Part shown: piece after piece, positions 1-10,385 of the stretch | Layout of the letters: every line of letters begins with the position of its first letter | Numbering within the stretch: position 1 is the first letter of the stretch | NCBI GenBank assembly: GCA_913061435.1 | Contig: CAJXUK010000015.1 | Span: forward strand, 324-64,323 | DNA: 64,000 nucleotides | Reading direction: 5' to 3' | Source: an uncultured Thalassolituus sp. | Lineage (GTDB): Bacteria; Pseudomonadota; Gammaproteobacteria; Pseudomonadales; Oceanobacteraceae | Notes under the pieces: model-generated | Seen by the model: the letters and a program-made list of their open reading frames with translations, nothing else | Databases searched by the model: none | Told to the model about the DNA's origin: nothing | Made by a program: the position numbers and the translations under genes

Positions 1-741
<741 letters not shown>

Positions 742-809
742 TCACTCTCAATCATAAGTTTAAAAAAATGTTAAAAAGCTCTGATCAATTCATTCTTAGA
801 ATAAACTCA

Positions 810-1178
810 TCAGAGCTTCGCAATTCTTGCCATCATCACATGACTAAACTGTACTGTGATGAATACCCCAAACAATGCCCAGGGAATCAAGGGTTTTACT
901 TGTGAGAAAATCACTGCAAACATCACAATGGTTAATATAAATTTCCCACTTTCACCTTGATAAAACGATTGCACGACCCGACCAACAGAGCGTGCACCGC
1001 GATATCTGAACGAGCGCCATATCAAATAACTATTTGGTATGGCACTGGCTAAACCACCTAATAAAGCGGAATAGCTTGCCTCAAAACTGTGTATTAAGGC
1101 TATTAAAGCCAAAATAATACTCAAGCCAAATTGCATCACAATGATGCGATAAGCAGGAGGTCTAGTTATCGATGTCAC
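810..1178 (-). CDS. atpI: ATP synthase protein I
   Basis: 122-aa membrane protein with SFYQGESGKF motif, between parB and atpB. Confidence 0.92.
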   Translation of the reverse strand: MTSITRPPAYRIIVMQFGLSIILALIALIHSFEASYSALLGGLASAIPNSYLIWRSFRYRGARSVGRVVQSFYQGESGKFILTIVMFAVIFSQVKPLIPWALFGVFITVQFSHVMMARIAKL

Positions 1179-1216
1179 AGCCGACCTCTCTTATGCCTAC
1201 TATTTTAGGCGCATGG

Positions 1217-1245
1217 ATTATATTGATTCGCGGCCTATTCTTCAA
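1217..1245 (-). promoter_or_regulatory. sigma70 promoter of atp operon
   Basis: TTGAAG (1245-1240), 17-bp spacer, TATAAT (1222-1217), then GC-rich discriminator CCATGCGCC. Confidence 0.7.
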
Positions 1246-1315
1246 CCTAAAGTGAAAAAATGAAACGATTTAATTGTCTAATAGTGTCTAGATTTTGCTC
1301 TTATTGGCCTTCAAA

Positions 1316-2266
1316 TTATTGTATGTGTTCTAAAATCCCATCTAACTCATCTAGGTTATTATAATTAATCACTAACTTACCTTTACCCTTAGCCGAGTGC
1401 TGAATCGCTACATTGGCCCCTAAACGCTCGCCTAATGTGCGCTCAAGTCTTTGTATATCTGGGTTGGGGCGGAATTTTTCCTTAGCTTTATCCCCTTGCT
1501 GTGCTTTTTCTTGTTGATTACGCACATAGGTTTCGGTTTGGCGAACGGTCATGTCTTTCGCTACAACATGACGGGCTGCTTCACTTTGCACTTGCCCTTG
1601 TAACCCCAGTAAGGCCTTAGCATGACCCATTTCGATATCACCGCGTTCGAGCATGATTTTCACATCCTCGTTCAGCTGCATTAATCTTAATAAGTTTGCC
1701 ACGGTTGCACGGGACTTACCGACAGCATCACCCACTTCTTGCTGTGTTAGTTCAAATTCACTTTGCAAGCGGTGAAGCGCTTGCGCTTCTTCCATCGAAT
1801 TTAAATTTTCGCGCTGAATATTTTCGATCAAGGCCATGGCAATAGCAGCATCGTCTGGAACATCGCGAATAATCACAGGAACGGTATCAAAACCCGCTAA
1901 CTGAGTTGCGCGCCAACGGCGTTCACCGGCAATAATCTCATAACGCTGCGGGCCATTGTGAGTTGCGCTATCGATTGGTCGAATAACAATTGGCTGCATT
2001 AATCCTTGCGCTTTAATAGAAGATGCTAGCTCTTCTAATGCTTCTTGGTGCATATCTTTGCGTGGCTGATATTGACCGGGCTGAATAAACTCAACCGGTA
2101 AATGCTTGATGCCGTTTGTCGAACTTGCAGCACTGTCTTCATGAGGCTGAATACTGACTTTTTGCTCTTGATTAGAAGCGGCCGCATCCGTTGCAGATTT
2201 ATTGTTCGCTAATGCATCACCTAATAATGCATCTAGGCCTCTACCTAGGCCACGTTTCTTTGACAT
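1316..2266 (-). CDS. parB: Chromosome partitioning protein ParB
   Basis: KKRGLGRGLDALL N-terminus, IIAGERRWRA box, HTH. Likely start MSKKRG at 2266 (track ORF starts at 2278). Confidence 0.97.
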   Translation of the reverse strand: MSKKRGLGRGLDALLGDALANNKSATDAAASNQEQKVSIQPHEDSAASSTNGIKHLPVEFIQPGQYQPRKDMHQEALEELASSIKAQGLMQPIVIRPIDSATHNGPQRYEIIAGERRWRATQLAGFDTVPVIIRDVPDDAAIAMALIENIQRENLNSMEEAQALHRLQSEFELTQQEVGDAVGKSRATVANLLRLMQLNEDVKIMLERGDIEMGHAKALLGLQGQVQSEAARHVVAKDMTVRQTETYVRNQQEKAQQGDKAKEKFRPNPDIQRLERTLGERLGANVAIQHSAKGKGKLVINYNNLDELDGILEHIQ

Positions 2267-2290
2267 GCGTTTTTCCAATTTTTCAGAAGC

Positions 2291-3073
2291 TTATGTAGTG
2301 GATTTTTTAGTGTTAGTACGACGATTTATTTCGCCCGCCAGTGCCAAGTAAGCGATTGCACCGCGTGAGTTTTTATCATAAGCCAAGGCGGGTAAACCAT
2401 AACTGGGAGCCTCTGCTAAACGCACGTTACGGGGAATCACTGTGGTATAAACCTTATCACCAAAATGTTCGGTTAATTGATTTGATACATCATTGGTTAA
2501 GCTATTGCGCGGATCGTACATGGTGCGCAAGATACCTTCTATTTCAAGCTCTGGATTGAGATTAGATTGAATTTTGTTAATGGTTTGCATTAATGCCGAC
2601 AGACCTTCCAAAGCATAGTACTCACACTGCATAGGAATCAATACACCTTGTGCAGCCACCATCGCATTTACCGTTAGCATGCTTAACGACGGAGGGCAGT
2701 CAATAATTACGTAATCATAGTCGCCACGAACGCTATCTAAGGCTGATCGTAAGCGAGTCTCTCGTTTTGGTAAATCCATTAACTCAACTTCTGCTGCGGT
2801 TAAGTTAGCATTGGTGGGCAAAACATCAAAACCCGCCTGTTCTGCTAAGACAATAGCGTCTTTAATATCGCTTTGGCCGATTAATACTTCGTATAACGAT
2901 TGTTCTAAGTCGTGTTTATCGATACCACTTCCCATAGTGGCATTACCTTGAGGGTCAAGATCAACCATCAATACTTTGCGCTTTGTAGCCGCAAGAGAAG
3001 CAGACAGATTAACGGCGGTAGTCGTTTTCCCTACACCGCCTTTTTGATTGGCAACGACAATTATTTTGCTCAT
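2291..3073 (-). CDS. parA: Chromosome partitioning ATPase ParA/Soj
   Basis: NQKGGVGKTT deviant Walker A, DLDPQGNAT, IIDCPP. Likely start MSKII at 3073. Confidence 0.97.
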   Translation of the reverse strand: MSKIIVVANQKGGVGKTTTAVNLSASLAATKRKVLMVDLDPQGNATMGSGIDKHDLEQSLYEVLIGQSDIKDAIVLAEQAGFDVLPTNANLTAAEVELMDLPKRETRLRSALDSVRGDYDYVIIDCPPSLSMLTVNAMVAAQGVLIPMQCEYYALEGLSALMQTINKIQSNLNPELEIEGILRTMYDPRNSLTNDVSNQLTEHFGDKVYTTVIPRNVRLAEAPSYGLPALAYDKNSRGAIAYLALAGEINRRTNTKKSTT

Positions 3074-3111
3074 TTCGCTATCCTGCAACCCAGTCAATCG
3101 GGGTATTAAAA

Positions 3112-3741
3112 TTATTTGGGTTTAAAGGCTAAAAGATGACGTTCTGCGTCAACCCCAGGAACATTTAATTCATGGCTTTCTATTAATTCATATTTATCAG
3201 CAACAGCAGCAAACTCTTCTGTTGGGTAAATGCCTTTCATGGCCAAGAATATGCCATCTTTTGCTAATAAATGCGTGCACCAATATGTCATATCGGAAAT
3301 TGAAGCAAAAGCACGAGACACGATCATATCGAAACCTTGCTCGGGTTGATAGGCTTCTACACGTTCATTAATGATGGTGACGTTATCGAGTTTTAAAGCC
3401 AGCTTTGCCTGAAAAAGAAAGCGGGTTTTTTTACCGTTGCTATCAAGCAAAGTGAATTTTTTTTGTGGATTCATTATTGCTAAAACGATCCCTGGCAAAC
3501 CTGGGCCCGTACCGACATCAATGATGTTATCCACAGTTTGAATGTGAGAGTGCACGATGAGGCTGTCTAAAAGATGCAGCGGAATCATTTGCTCGGGATC
3601 GCGGATGGCCGACAAGTTATAGGCTTTATTCCACTTAATGAAGAGTTCTAAATATTGAACCAAAAGCTCAAGTTGCTGATCACTAAGAACAACGCCCATT
3701 TGAGTTGCGCCGGTGGAAATTGCAGAAGAATAATTTGCCAT
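3112..3741 (-). CDS. rsmG: 16S rRNA m7G527 methyltransferase RsmG (GidB)
   Basis: KWNKAYNLSAIRDP, HLLDSL, DVGTGPGLPG, SRAFAS. Likely start MANYSS at 3741. Confidence 0.96.
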   Translation of the reverse strand: MANYSSAISTGATQMGVVLSDQQLELLVQYLELFIKWNKAYNLSAIRDPEQMIPLHLLDSLIVHSHIQTVDNIIDVGTGPGLPGIVLAIMNPQKKFTLLDSNGKKTRFLFQAKLALKLDNVTIINERVEAYQPEQGFDMIVSRAFASISDMTYWCTHLLAKDGIFLAMKGIYPTEEFAAVADKYELIESHELNVPGVDAERHLLAFKPK

Positions 3742-3830
3742 AAGGTATCTGGTGTTAAGATGTTTATAAAGTTGCAGCATTCTATCATAAAAGATTAAAA
3801 GCACTTACCACCGCAAAGCACTCACTTTAT

Positions 3831-4355
3831 TTAGCCCAAAAACCGACTATTAGCAGCCACGTCTTTAATCACAACAGCATTCGCGCCAATAATGGCATTC
3901 TCGCCAATCGTCACTCCTGGTAAGATTTTTACTCCACCGCCAATCCATACGCCATCGCCAATAACCACTGGCTTGGCGATACAGCCCCCCGCTCTTCGCG
4001 CCATGGCATCACGGGGATGATCAACGGTATAGATGTGCACAGCTGGCCCTAGCATAACGTCATTACCAATAATGATGTCGGCACTGTCTAAAAAGACGCA
4101 GTTAAAATTAGCGTAGAAGTTGTCGCCTAAGGAGATTTGACCGCCGTAGTCGCATTGAAATCCAGGTTCAATGACTGCTGTGGATAACTTATTGAATAAA
4201 CGACTGATGTGCTTGAAATTGCCTTTGCTCGGGTGAGCATTGTATTTACCGCAAGCAAGGCGAGCTTTTTCGCGCAATAGACGCAGTTCAAGATCAAGGC
4301 TATTAAAAGGTTGGCCTGAGCGCATTTTATCGAGCTCAGGAATATTGTTATCCAT
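3831..4355 (-). CDS. Sugar (maltose/galactoside-type) O-acetyltransferase, hexapeptide-repeat family
   Basis: IEPGFQCDYG, NFYANFNCVFLD, AKPVVIGDGVWIGGGVKILPGVTIG left-handed beta-helix. Confidence 0.88.
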   Translation of the reverse strand: MDNNIPELDKMRSGQPFNSLDLELRLLREKARLACGKYNAHPSKGNFKHISRLFNKLSTAVIEPGFQCDYGGQISLGDNFYANFNCVFLDSADIIIGNDVMLGPAVHIYTVDHPRDAMARRAGGCIAKPVVIGDGVWIGGGVKILPGVTIGENAIIGANAVVIKDVAANSRFLG

Positions 4356-4369
4356 TCTGAATACTCGTC

Positions 4370-4681
4370 TTAGCTGATCTTATTTGGATTTGCTTGTGAA
4401 TATTTACTGACCAAGCCAACTCTTAAACCAAACAAAGAAAACAGCTGATTAACCGTCTCTAAGGTAGGGTTCGCTTGTCCAGACTCTATTCCAGCTAACG
4501 TTCGTAAAGAAACTCCAGTCAGCTTGGCAAAATCTTTTTGATTTAGACCAGAGATTTCTTTGCGTAAGCGTTGCAAGCCTTCGCCTAACAGTAGGTCTCC
4601 TCTGGCAATTCCTTGTTCGACTTGGGTTAATATTTCACGCCTTGAGAGCTGTTCTTGAGAATTAGCAACTATGTTATTCAT
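4370..4681 (-). CDS. XRE/HipB-like HTH antitoxin/regulator
   Basis: LRKEISGLNQKDFAKLTGVSLRTLAGIESGQANPTLETV is an XRE HTH. Start overlaps the stop of the hipA remnant by 8 nt. Confidence 0.85.
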   Translation of the reverse strand: MNNIVANSQEQLSRREILTQVEQGIARGDLLLGEGLQRLRKEISGLNQKDFAKLTGVSLRTLAGIESGQANPTLETVNQLFSLFGLRVGLVSKYSQANPNKIS

Positions 4682-5223
4682 TTAAATCAAAAACCCACTT
4701 TGCTAATTTTGTGTCGAGCTTGTCTAGGTTTATTTTTGGATGTTGAGTAATTTCAACGGCTAAACCAAATTCCTTGGCTAAACGAGGTATCTTGCGCAGC
4801 TTTTGGGCACATTGCTGTAATCCTTGCCACAGCCATTCTGCTGTTATCTTTATTGATGAAACATCGTTACTCATTTGGCAGGCTCGCTTCTGGATAAAAT
4901 AATCCCCTATCATCTTCTGATAATAAAAACTTAGGTGCTTCTCCTCCTGCACCAGTAGCGCCACCAATCGCTGCACCTGCAATGCTGGCATAATCGATAA
5001 AATCACTATCACGAGTTATTACATCTTTAAGTTCAAAACCTTTCACAATATCTGTTTCTAATTCAATGCCTGCTACGCGTATATTACCGATAGGCGATAG
5101 TGAGCATTCACTAAGCATTGTAAAGTCATATGCATATTCTAATGCCGGGGATAAGTTTTTTTCTGCAGCGGCTGACGAGTTATGATTCATAACAACAACT
5201 TTAATTAATGCATTATATTGCAT
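4674..5223 (-). pseudogene. Internally deleted, frameshifted HipA-family kinase toxin
   Basis: Fragment 4867-5223 has SPIGNIRV and GGATGAGGEAPKFLL (HipA P-loop-like). The reading switches frame near 4870 into a C-terminal helical tail. No catalytic DxHxxN-type motif; the total is about 180 codons versus over 400 expected. Confidence 0.75.
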
Positions 5224-5304
5224 TAATTAAAGCAATAACTTCTAAAAAATGCAATAAAGTACACTAATAACTTTAATTCAACGCTATTAATGCAATAAAT
5301 TGCA
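5199..5304. promoter_or_regulatory. Array of three TGCA-N6-T(G/A)CA operator-like palindromes
   Basis: TGCATTATATTGCA 5209-5222, TGCAATAAAGTACA 5250-5263, TGCAATAAATTGCA 5291-5304 (41-bp period). The first sits in a perfect 14-bp inverted repeat (5199-5212/5219-5232). Confidence 0.65.
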
Positions 5305-5320
5305 CTTTATGCTTCTTTAG

Positions 5321-7204
5321 CTAGGCACTTTTACGCGCAAGTTTTAGCTTTTTCATGTGAACTAGGATCTGGCTAATCGCTGCCGGGGTTACGCCCTGAA
5401 TGCGCGAAGCTGAGCCTAAGGTTTCTGGCTTCATTGTATCGAGTTTCTGAATCACTTCGTTCGATAGACCACCAATTACCGTGTAATCGAAGTTCTCTGG
5501 CAAAGGCGTTTCTTCATAGCGACGCATTTGTTCGATTTCATCTTTTTGGCGCGAGATGTAACCATCGTACTTGGCTTGAATCTCAACTTGCTCAGCAACC
5601 TGTGGATTAGTAACCGGCTCGCCTTTAATACCAGCAACATCCGCATAACTTAAACCCGGGCGTTTTAACAGGTCTTTTAAACTGTATTCACGCATTAATG
5701 GGCTTTCGATCATGGCATTAACCGCGTCGCCTTCTGGGGTTTTTGGTTGAACCCAAGTTGTGGCTAAACGCTGGTTTTCTTTTTCGATGGATTCTTTCTT
5801 TTCACAAAAAGCCGCCCAACGTTCATCGCCTACTAAACCAATATTGCGGCCAATTTCAGTTAAACGTAAATCGGCGTTATCTTCACGCAAAATCAAGCGG
5901 TATTCCGCACGGCTGGTGAACATGCGATACGGTTCTTTAGTACCCATAGTGATTAAGTCGTCGACTAATACACCGATGTAAGCTTCATCACGACGAGGGG
6001 TCCAAGCTTCTTTTTCGAACGCACGCAGCGCCGCATTTGCACCGGCCAATAAACCTTGCGCACCGGCTTCTTCGTAGCCCGTGGTACCGTTGATCTGCCC
6101 AGCGAAATACAAGTTAGGAACAAACTTGGTTTCTAAACTGTGCTTCAAGTCTTGCGGATTAAAATAATCGTATTCAATCGCATAACCTGGGCGAGTAATG
6201 TGAGCTTTTTCAAAACCGACCATACTGTGGATAAGGTCTAGCTGTACATCAAATGGCAAGCTGGTTGAGATACCATTGGGGTATAATTCGTGAGTTCTTA
6301 AACCTTCTGGCTCGACAAAAATCTGGTGGCTGTTTTTATCAGCAAAACGCATCACCTTATCTTCAATCGACGGACAATAACGTGGGCCAATGCCTTCGAT
6401 TACGCCAGAATACATGGGCGAGCGATCTAAGTTAGCGCGAATAATATCGTGAGTACGCTCATTGGTGTGCGTGATGTAGCAATTAACTTGCTCTGGGTGT
6501 TCGTTCACATTGCCCATAAATGACATTACCGGTAACGGTAAATCACCTGGCTGAACTTGCATTACCGAGAAATCAACGCTGCGCGCATCGATGCGAGCAG
6601 GAGTACCGGTTTTTAAACGACCTACGTTAAACGGCATTTCCCGTAAACGGTGTGCCAAAGCTATAGAAGGTGGATCTCCGGCGCGGCCGCCTTTGTGATT
6701 TTCTAAACCAATGTGAATCGTGCCGCCCAAGAATGTACCCGCAGTTAATACAACTGTGGTCGCGTGAATGCGCATATTGGTATTGGTAACTACACCGGCG
6801 GCTTTTTCGCCTTGCATGATGAGGTCATCACACGACGCTTGGAATATATCGAGATTATCTTGGTTTTCTACGATGTCGCGGATTGCGCCGCGATATAACT
6901 GACGATCAGCTTGGGCACGGGTTGCACGCACGGCTGGGCCTTTTCGCGCATTCAAGGTACGAAATTGAATGCCGCCCTTATCGGTAGCTCGGGCCATTGC
7001 GCCGTCTAAAGCATCAATTTCTTTTACTAAATGACTTTTACCAATGCCGCCAATGGCAGGGTTACACGACATAACGCCGATGGTATCGGTATTGTGAGTC
7101 AGTAGCAGAGTTTTTGCCCCCATACGAGCCGACGCAAGCGCAGCCTCTGTTCCCGCATGACCACCACCAACAACAATTACATCATAACGAACCGGATAAT
7201 CCAC
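5321..7204 (-). CDS. mnmG: tRNA uridine 5-carboxymethylaminomethyl modification enzyme MnmG (GidA)
   Basis: [47 protein letters not shown]. Likely GTG start at 7204. Confidence 0.98.
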   Translation of the reverse strand: MDYPVRYDVIVVGGGHAGTEAALASARMGAKTLLLTHNTDTIGVMSCNPAIGGIGKSHLVKEIDALDGAMARATDKGGIQFRTLNARKGPAVRATRAQADRQLYRGAIRDIVENQDNLDIFQASCDDLIMQGEKAAGVVTNTNMRIHATTVVLTAGTFLGGTIHIGLENHKGGRAGDPPSIALAHRLREMPFNVGRLKTGTPARIDARSVDFSVMQVQPGDLPLPVMSFMGNVNEHPEQVNCYITHTNERTHDIIRANLDRSPMYSGVIEGIGPRYCPSIEDKVMRFADKNSHQIFVEPEGLRTHELYPNGISTSLPFDVQLDLIHSMVGFEKAHITRPGYAIEYDYFNPQDLKHSLETKFVPNLYFAGQINGTTGYEEAGAQGLLAGANAALRAFEKEAWTPRRDEAYIGVLVDDLITMGTKEPYRMFTSRAEYRLILREDNADLRLTEIGRNIGLVGDERWAAFCEKKESIEKENQRLATTWVQPKTPEGDAVNAMIESPLMREYSLKDLLKRPGLSYADVAGIKGEPVTNPQVAEQVEIQAKYDGYISRQKDEIEQMRRYEETPLPENFDYTVIGGLSNEVIQKLDTMKPETLGSASRIQGVTPAAISQILVHMKKLKLARKSA

Positions 7205-7329
7205 AAGTACAACCTCAAACGGGCTCAATCGAGCACAAAGCTGATTCCACGGTGGGTACAGCCGTTATGCTGCAATCGTGGAATCTTAAAAATGGCGCGC
7301 ATTATACCTGAATTTATAGCCAAAGGCAG

Positions 7330-7650
7330 TGGATAGAAATAGTATTTGGTTAAAAATTGTTCAAATATTTTATTAACTTATTCACATCTGATTTATTGTT
7401 TGTGGGTAGAGTTATAAAGAATATTTAGTAAATAATAAAACTCTTTATAAATCATAGGTTTATATTTTATTTTTCTTTGTATATTTCTGTGCATAAATGT
7501 GGATAAGTATTAAAGTAAAATGTTATACAGTTATTTACTAAGAGGTCATACCGAGATATCCGGAGAGTTATTACACCTAACCCACAGAGTTATCCACAAT
7601 AAAGGCAATACAATTAACTTATACCTCCTTTTTTGTGAATAACTGTGATT
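7330..7650. other. DnaA-box cluster / oriC-like element upstream of mnmG
   Basis: TTWTNCACA boxes at 7378-7386, 7488-7496, 7498-7506, 7590-7598, 7634-7642. AT-rich tract about 7410-7490; no GATC. Confidence 0.75.
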
Positions 7651-7656
7651 TTGTGT

Positions 7657-8496
7657 TTATGGAACCTGTTCGGCTGGGGTTTCTTCTTCTGGTGCGGTTG
7701 TATTATTTGAAGAGGCAGGAGCAGTAAAAGTCATGAAAAGTAGAGAACTTCCCATCTTGCTGTAAAACTCTAACTCGCCATCGGCATTAATCGCTGCATA
7801 ACCGGTTGAGTTGCCGTTAAAACCATCACAGTTTTTTCTATTTATAGTCAAAGAAAGCAAGGATTGTGAAGCATTAATTAATTTAATTTCACCTTCAAAA
7901 GAACAGTCATTTTCAACACCATTATTTACCCCTAGAAATTTACCGTTCTGAGTAATATTTAGCTGTATATCTGCTGTTGTCCACTCCCCAGTTAGTGAAC
8001 TAAGTGATGAAGGGCTGTTGAAACTGAGGTCATTCGTAAGTTGTAATGAACCATATTCTCTATTGCTGGTTTCATAATCACCAACAATTAACGTTTCGTT
8101 AGCTAATAAGCCATTAATTGAATAGTTTGTTGAGTTTCTGTCAGATATGTATTCAAAATTTACTGAATCTTGGTAAGCAAAAGGGTAAGCCGTTAGGGTT
8201 ATTTCCAACTCTTCTGATGCTGGTGATTTAACCGATCCAAACAGAGCTTGGTCGGCATCAAGTCCATAAATATTATTGTTATAAATTAATACTCTCAAGG
8301 TTTCTGTTTGTTCAAAACCTCCATTCCAAAAGCCATTTAGCGCAGAAATACTGGTTTCTGTTACATCGTCATCTTCCTTTTCTTCTGGTAAACAGGCAGA
8401 CAACAACATGAGAGGCGCTACTAGAAATAGAGCTTGAGTTGCTTTCTTCACGCTGGAAGAAAACATAGATAGATTTGGGGACACGGCCGACCTCAC
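7657..8496 (-). CDS. Hypothetical lipoprotein
   Basis: 279-aa ORF with hydrophobic stretch and lipobox LLSAC, acidic segment after the Cys, beta-rich body. Confidence 0.75.
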   Translation of the reverse strand: MRSAVSPNLSMFSSSVKKATQALFLVAPLMLLSACLPEEKEDDDVTETSISALNGFWNGGFEQTETLRVLIYNNNIYGLDADQALFGSVKSPASEELEITLTAYPFAYQDSVNFEYISDRNSTNYSINGLLANETLIVGDYETSNREYGSLQLTNDLSFNSPSSLSSLTGEWTTADIQLNITQNGKFLGVNNGVENDCSFEGEIKLINASQSLLSLTINRKNCDGFNGNSTGYAAINADGELEFYSKMGSSLLFMTFTAPASSNNTTAPEEETPAEQVP

Positions 8497-8602
8497 AAAT
8501 TATATGGCGATTATAACGAACAATATAACTATAGATGTCGGCTGATGTTTTGCAGGCTTTAGTTATTATTCTAGCCTGCTAGTAATCACTTACTTTTAAA
8601 TA

Positions 8603-8630
8603 AAAAGCAGCTTTTAATTTAACTGCTTTT
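8603..8630 (-). terminator. Intrinsic terminator after mnmE
   Basis: AAAAGCAG/CTGCTTTT inverted repeat at the mnmE stop. Confidence 0.5.
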
Positions 8631-10056
8631 ACTTACCAATACAGAAGCTACCAAAGATATTGCCAAGTAAATCATCGGCGGTGAATTCACCGGTGATCTC
8701 GCCTAATGCTTGCTGGGCCATGCGTAGGTCTTCTGCCAGGAGTTCACCAGCCATTGCCCCTAATAGCTGGTCTTCACCCGCCTGAATGGCATCTTGGGCT
8801 TTCTCGAGTGCTTTAATATGGCGGCGGCGGGCTAAAAAGCCACCTTCGTTGGTGGAATTGAATCCCATGACTTCTTTTAAGTGTTCACGTAATTCCAATA
8901 TGCCTAAATTTTGCTTAGCAGAAATAGATAGTGTTGGGAAATCCGCTTCTTTGTGTAAACCGACTTTGGCAGATACATGGTCACTGGCTAATAAATCCGC
9001 TTTGTTGCGGATAACAGTAATGCGGCCACTTTCGATGAGTTTTTCGGTTTCTTCTTTTAAACCTTGTTCATCATAAAGTGCATGTAGCAAGGCTTTAGGA
9101 TCGGTTTTTTGACCATCGCTTTCTAGCGAGCTATCTATCATTAATAAGATACGATCAGCTTGGGATATTTCTGCCCAAGCGCGCTGAATACCAATGCGTT
9201 CAACTTCATCTAGGGCATCGCGTAAGCCTGCGGTATCTATGATGTGCAGCGGCATACCATCAATGTGGATATGCTCTTTTAAAACATCACGGGTTGTACC
9301 GGCAATATCGGTAACAATGGCTTTATCTTGGCCTGCCAACGCATTAAGAAGTGAGGACTTACCAGCGTTAGGACGCCCAGCAATCACGACGTTCATGCCT
9401 TCACGTAAAATCGCGCCTTGATTGGCTTCGGCTAATACACCTGCCACTGCGCTTTTCACGTCTTGCAGCATGGCTGAGACTTTACCGTCGCTTAAAAAGT
9501 CGATCTCTTCTTCTGGAAAGTCGATTGAGGCTTCAACGAAGGTGCGCAAGTGGATAAGTTGGTCAACTAAGCCATGAACTTTGTCGGAGAAAACACCCTG
9601 CAAAGAACGTAACGCACAACGTGCTGCTTGCGCTGATGATGAATCAATCAAATCGGCAATGGCTTCAGCTTGCGCTAAATCGAGCTTGTCGTTTAAAAAA
9701 GCTCGTTCAGAGAATTCACCCGGCCTAGCAATACGAGCACCCAGCTCTACACAGCGTTGTAAAATGAAATCAAGAACAACTGGGCCACCATGTCCTTGCA
9801 GTTCTAAAACGTCTTCACCGGTGAACGAATGTGGGTTGGGGAAGAATATACCTAAGCCTTGATCCAATTCATTACCATCAGCATCCTTAAAAGCCCCATA
9901 ATGCGCGTAACGCGGCTTTGGTAGCAGCCCAAGCACCGCATGAGCGATCTCTTGTGCCTTAGCACCAGATACACGCACAATCCCTACCCCGCCTCGGCCA
10001 GGAGCAGTAGCAATAGCGGCGATGGTATCTTGGTGAACGGATTCGGATACAGACAT
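8629..10056 (-). CDS. mnmE: tRNA modification GTPase MnmE (TrmE)
   Basis: [34 protein letters not shown]-terminal FCIGK. Confidence 0.98.
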   Translation of the reverse strand: MSVSESVHQDTIAAIATAPGRGGVGIVRVSGAKAQEIAHAVLGLLPKPRYAHYGAFKDADGNELDQGLGIFFPNPHSFTGEDVLELQGHGGPVVLDFILQRCVELGARIARPGEFSERAFLNDKLDLAQAEAIADLIDSSSAQAARCALRSLQGVFSDKVHGLVDQLIHLRTFVEASIDFPEEEIDFLSDGKVSAMLQDVKSAVAGVLAEANQGAILREGMNVVIAGRPNAGKSSLLNALAGQDKAIVTDIAGTTRDVLKEHIHIDGMPLHIIDTAGLRDALDEVERIGIQRAWAEISQADRILLMIDSSLESDGQKTDPKALLHALYDEQGLKEETEKLIESGRITVIRNKADLLASDHVSAKVGLHKEADFPTLSISAKQNLGILELREHLKEVMGFNSTNEGGFLARRRHIKALEKAQDAIQAGEDQLLGAMAGELLAEDLRMAQQALGEITGEFTADDLLGNIFGSFCIGK

Positions 10057-10312
10057 ATGAAATTCCTAGGATGAAAAAGCTACCAAACTGATTACTAAGT
10101 ATTGCTTCCGCAAAACGGCGTAAATACATCACTCAGTACATCCTGTATTTCGCCCTATGGGCAACTTACAGTTGTGCAAAATATACTCCAGTAATTTTGT
10201 CCCTGTAGCCTTAGCTAAAACATCCATGTTTTAGATATTTGCTCCACAATTACTTCGTAATCAATCGGTTTAAATATTCTGGTGATAATTATATGGATTT
10301 CATTTTATCCAC

Positions 10313-10346
10313 AAAAAAGGCCGCTGTCTTTCAACAGCGGCCTTTT
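10313..10346 (-). terminator. Intrinsic terminator after yidC
   Basis: 13-bp stem AAAAGGCCGCTGT/ACAGCGGCCTTTT with 6-nt loop and U-tract on the minus strand. Confidence 0.8.
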
Positions 10347-10385
10347 ATCGAACACACTCACTAAAACGATCGTTTAAATACAGTC

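Noticed and set aside
8940-9130. Extra residues in the MnmE G-domain (a similar short insertion occurs in YidC before GNWG)
   Set aside because: These look like ordinary lineage-specific loop indels; catalytic motifs are intact.
10129-10227. 32-codon minus-strand ORF (MDVLAKATG...) in the yidC-mnmE gap
   Set aside because: No Shine-Dalgarno sequence and no recognisable motif; length expected by chance.
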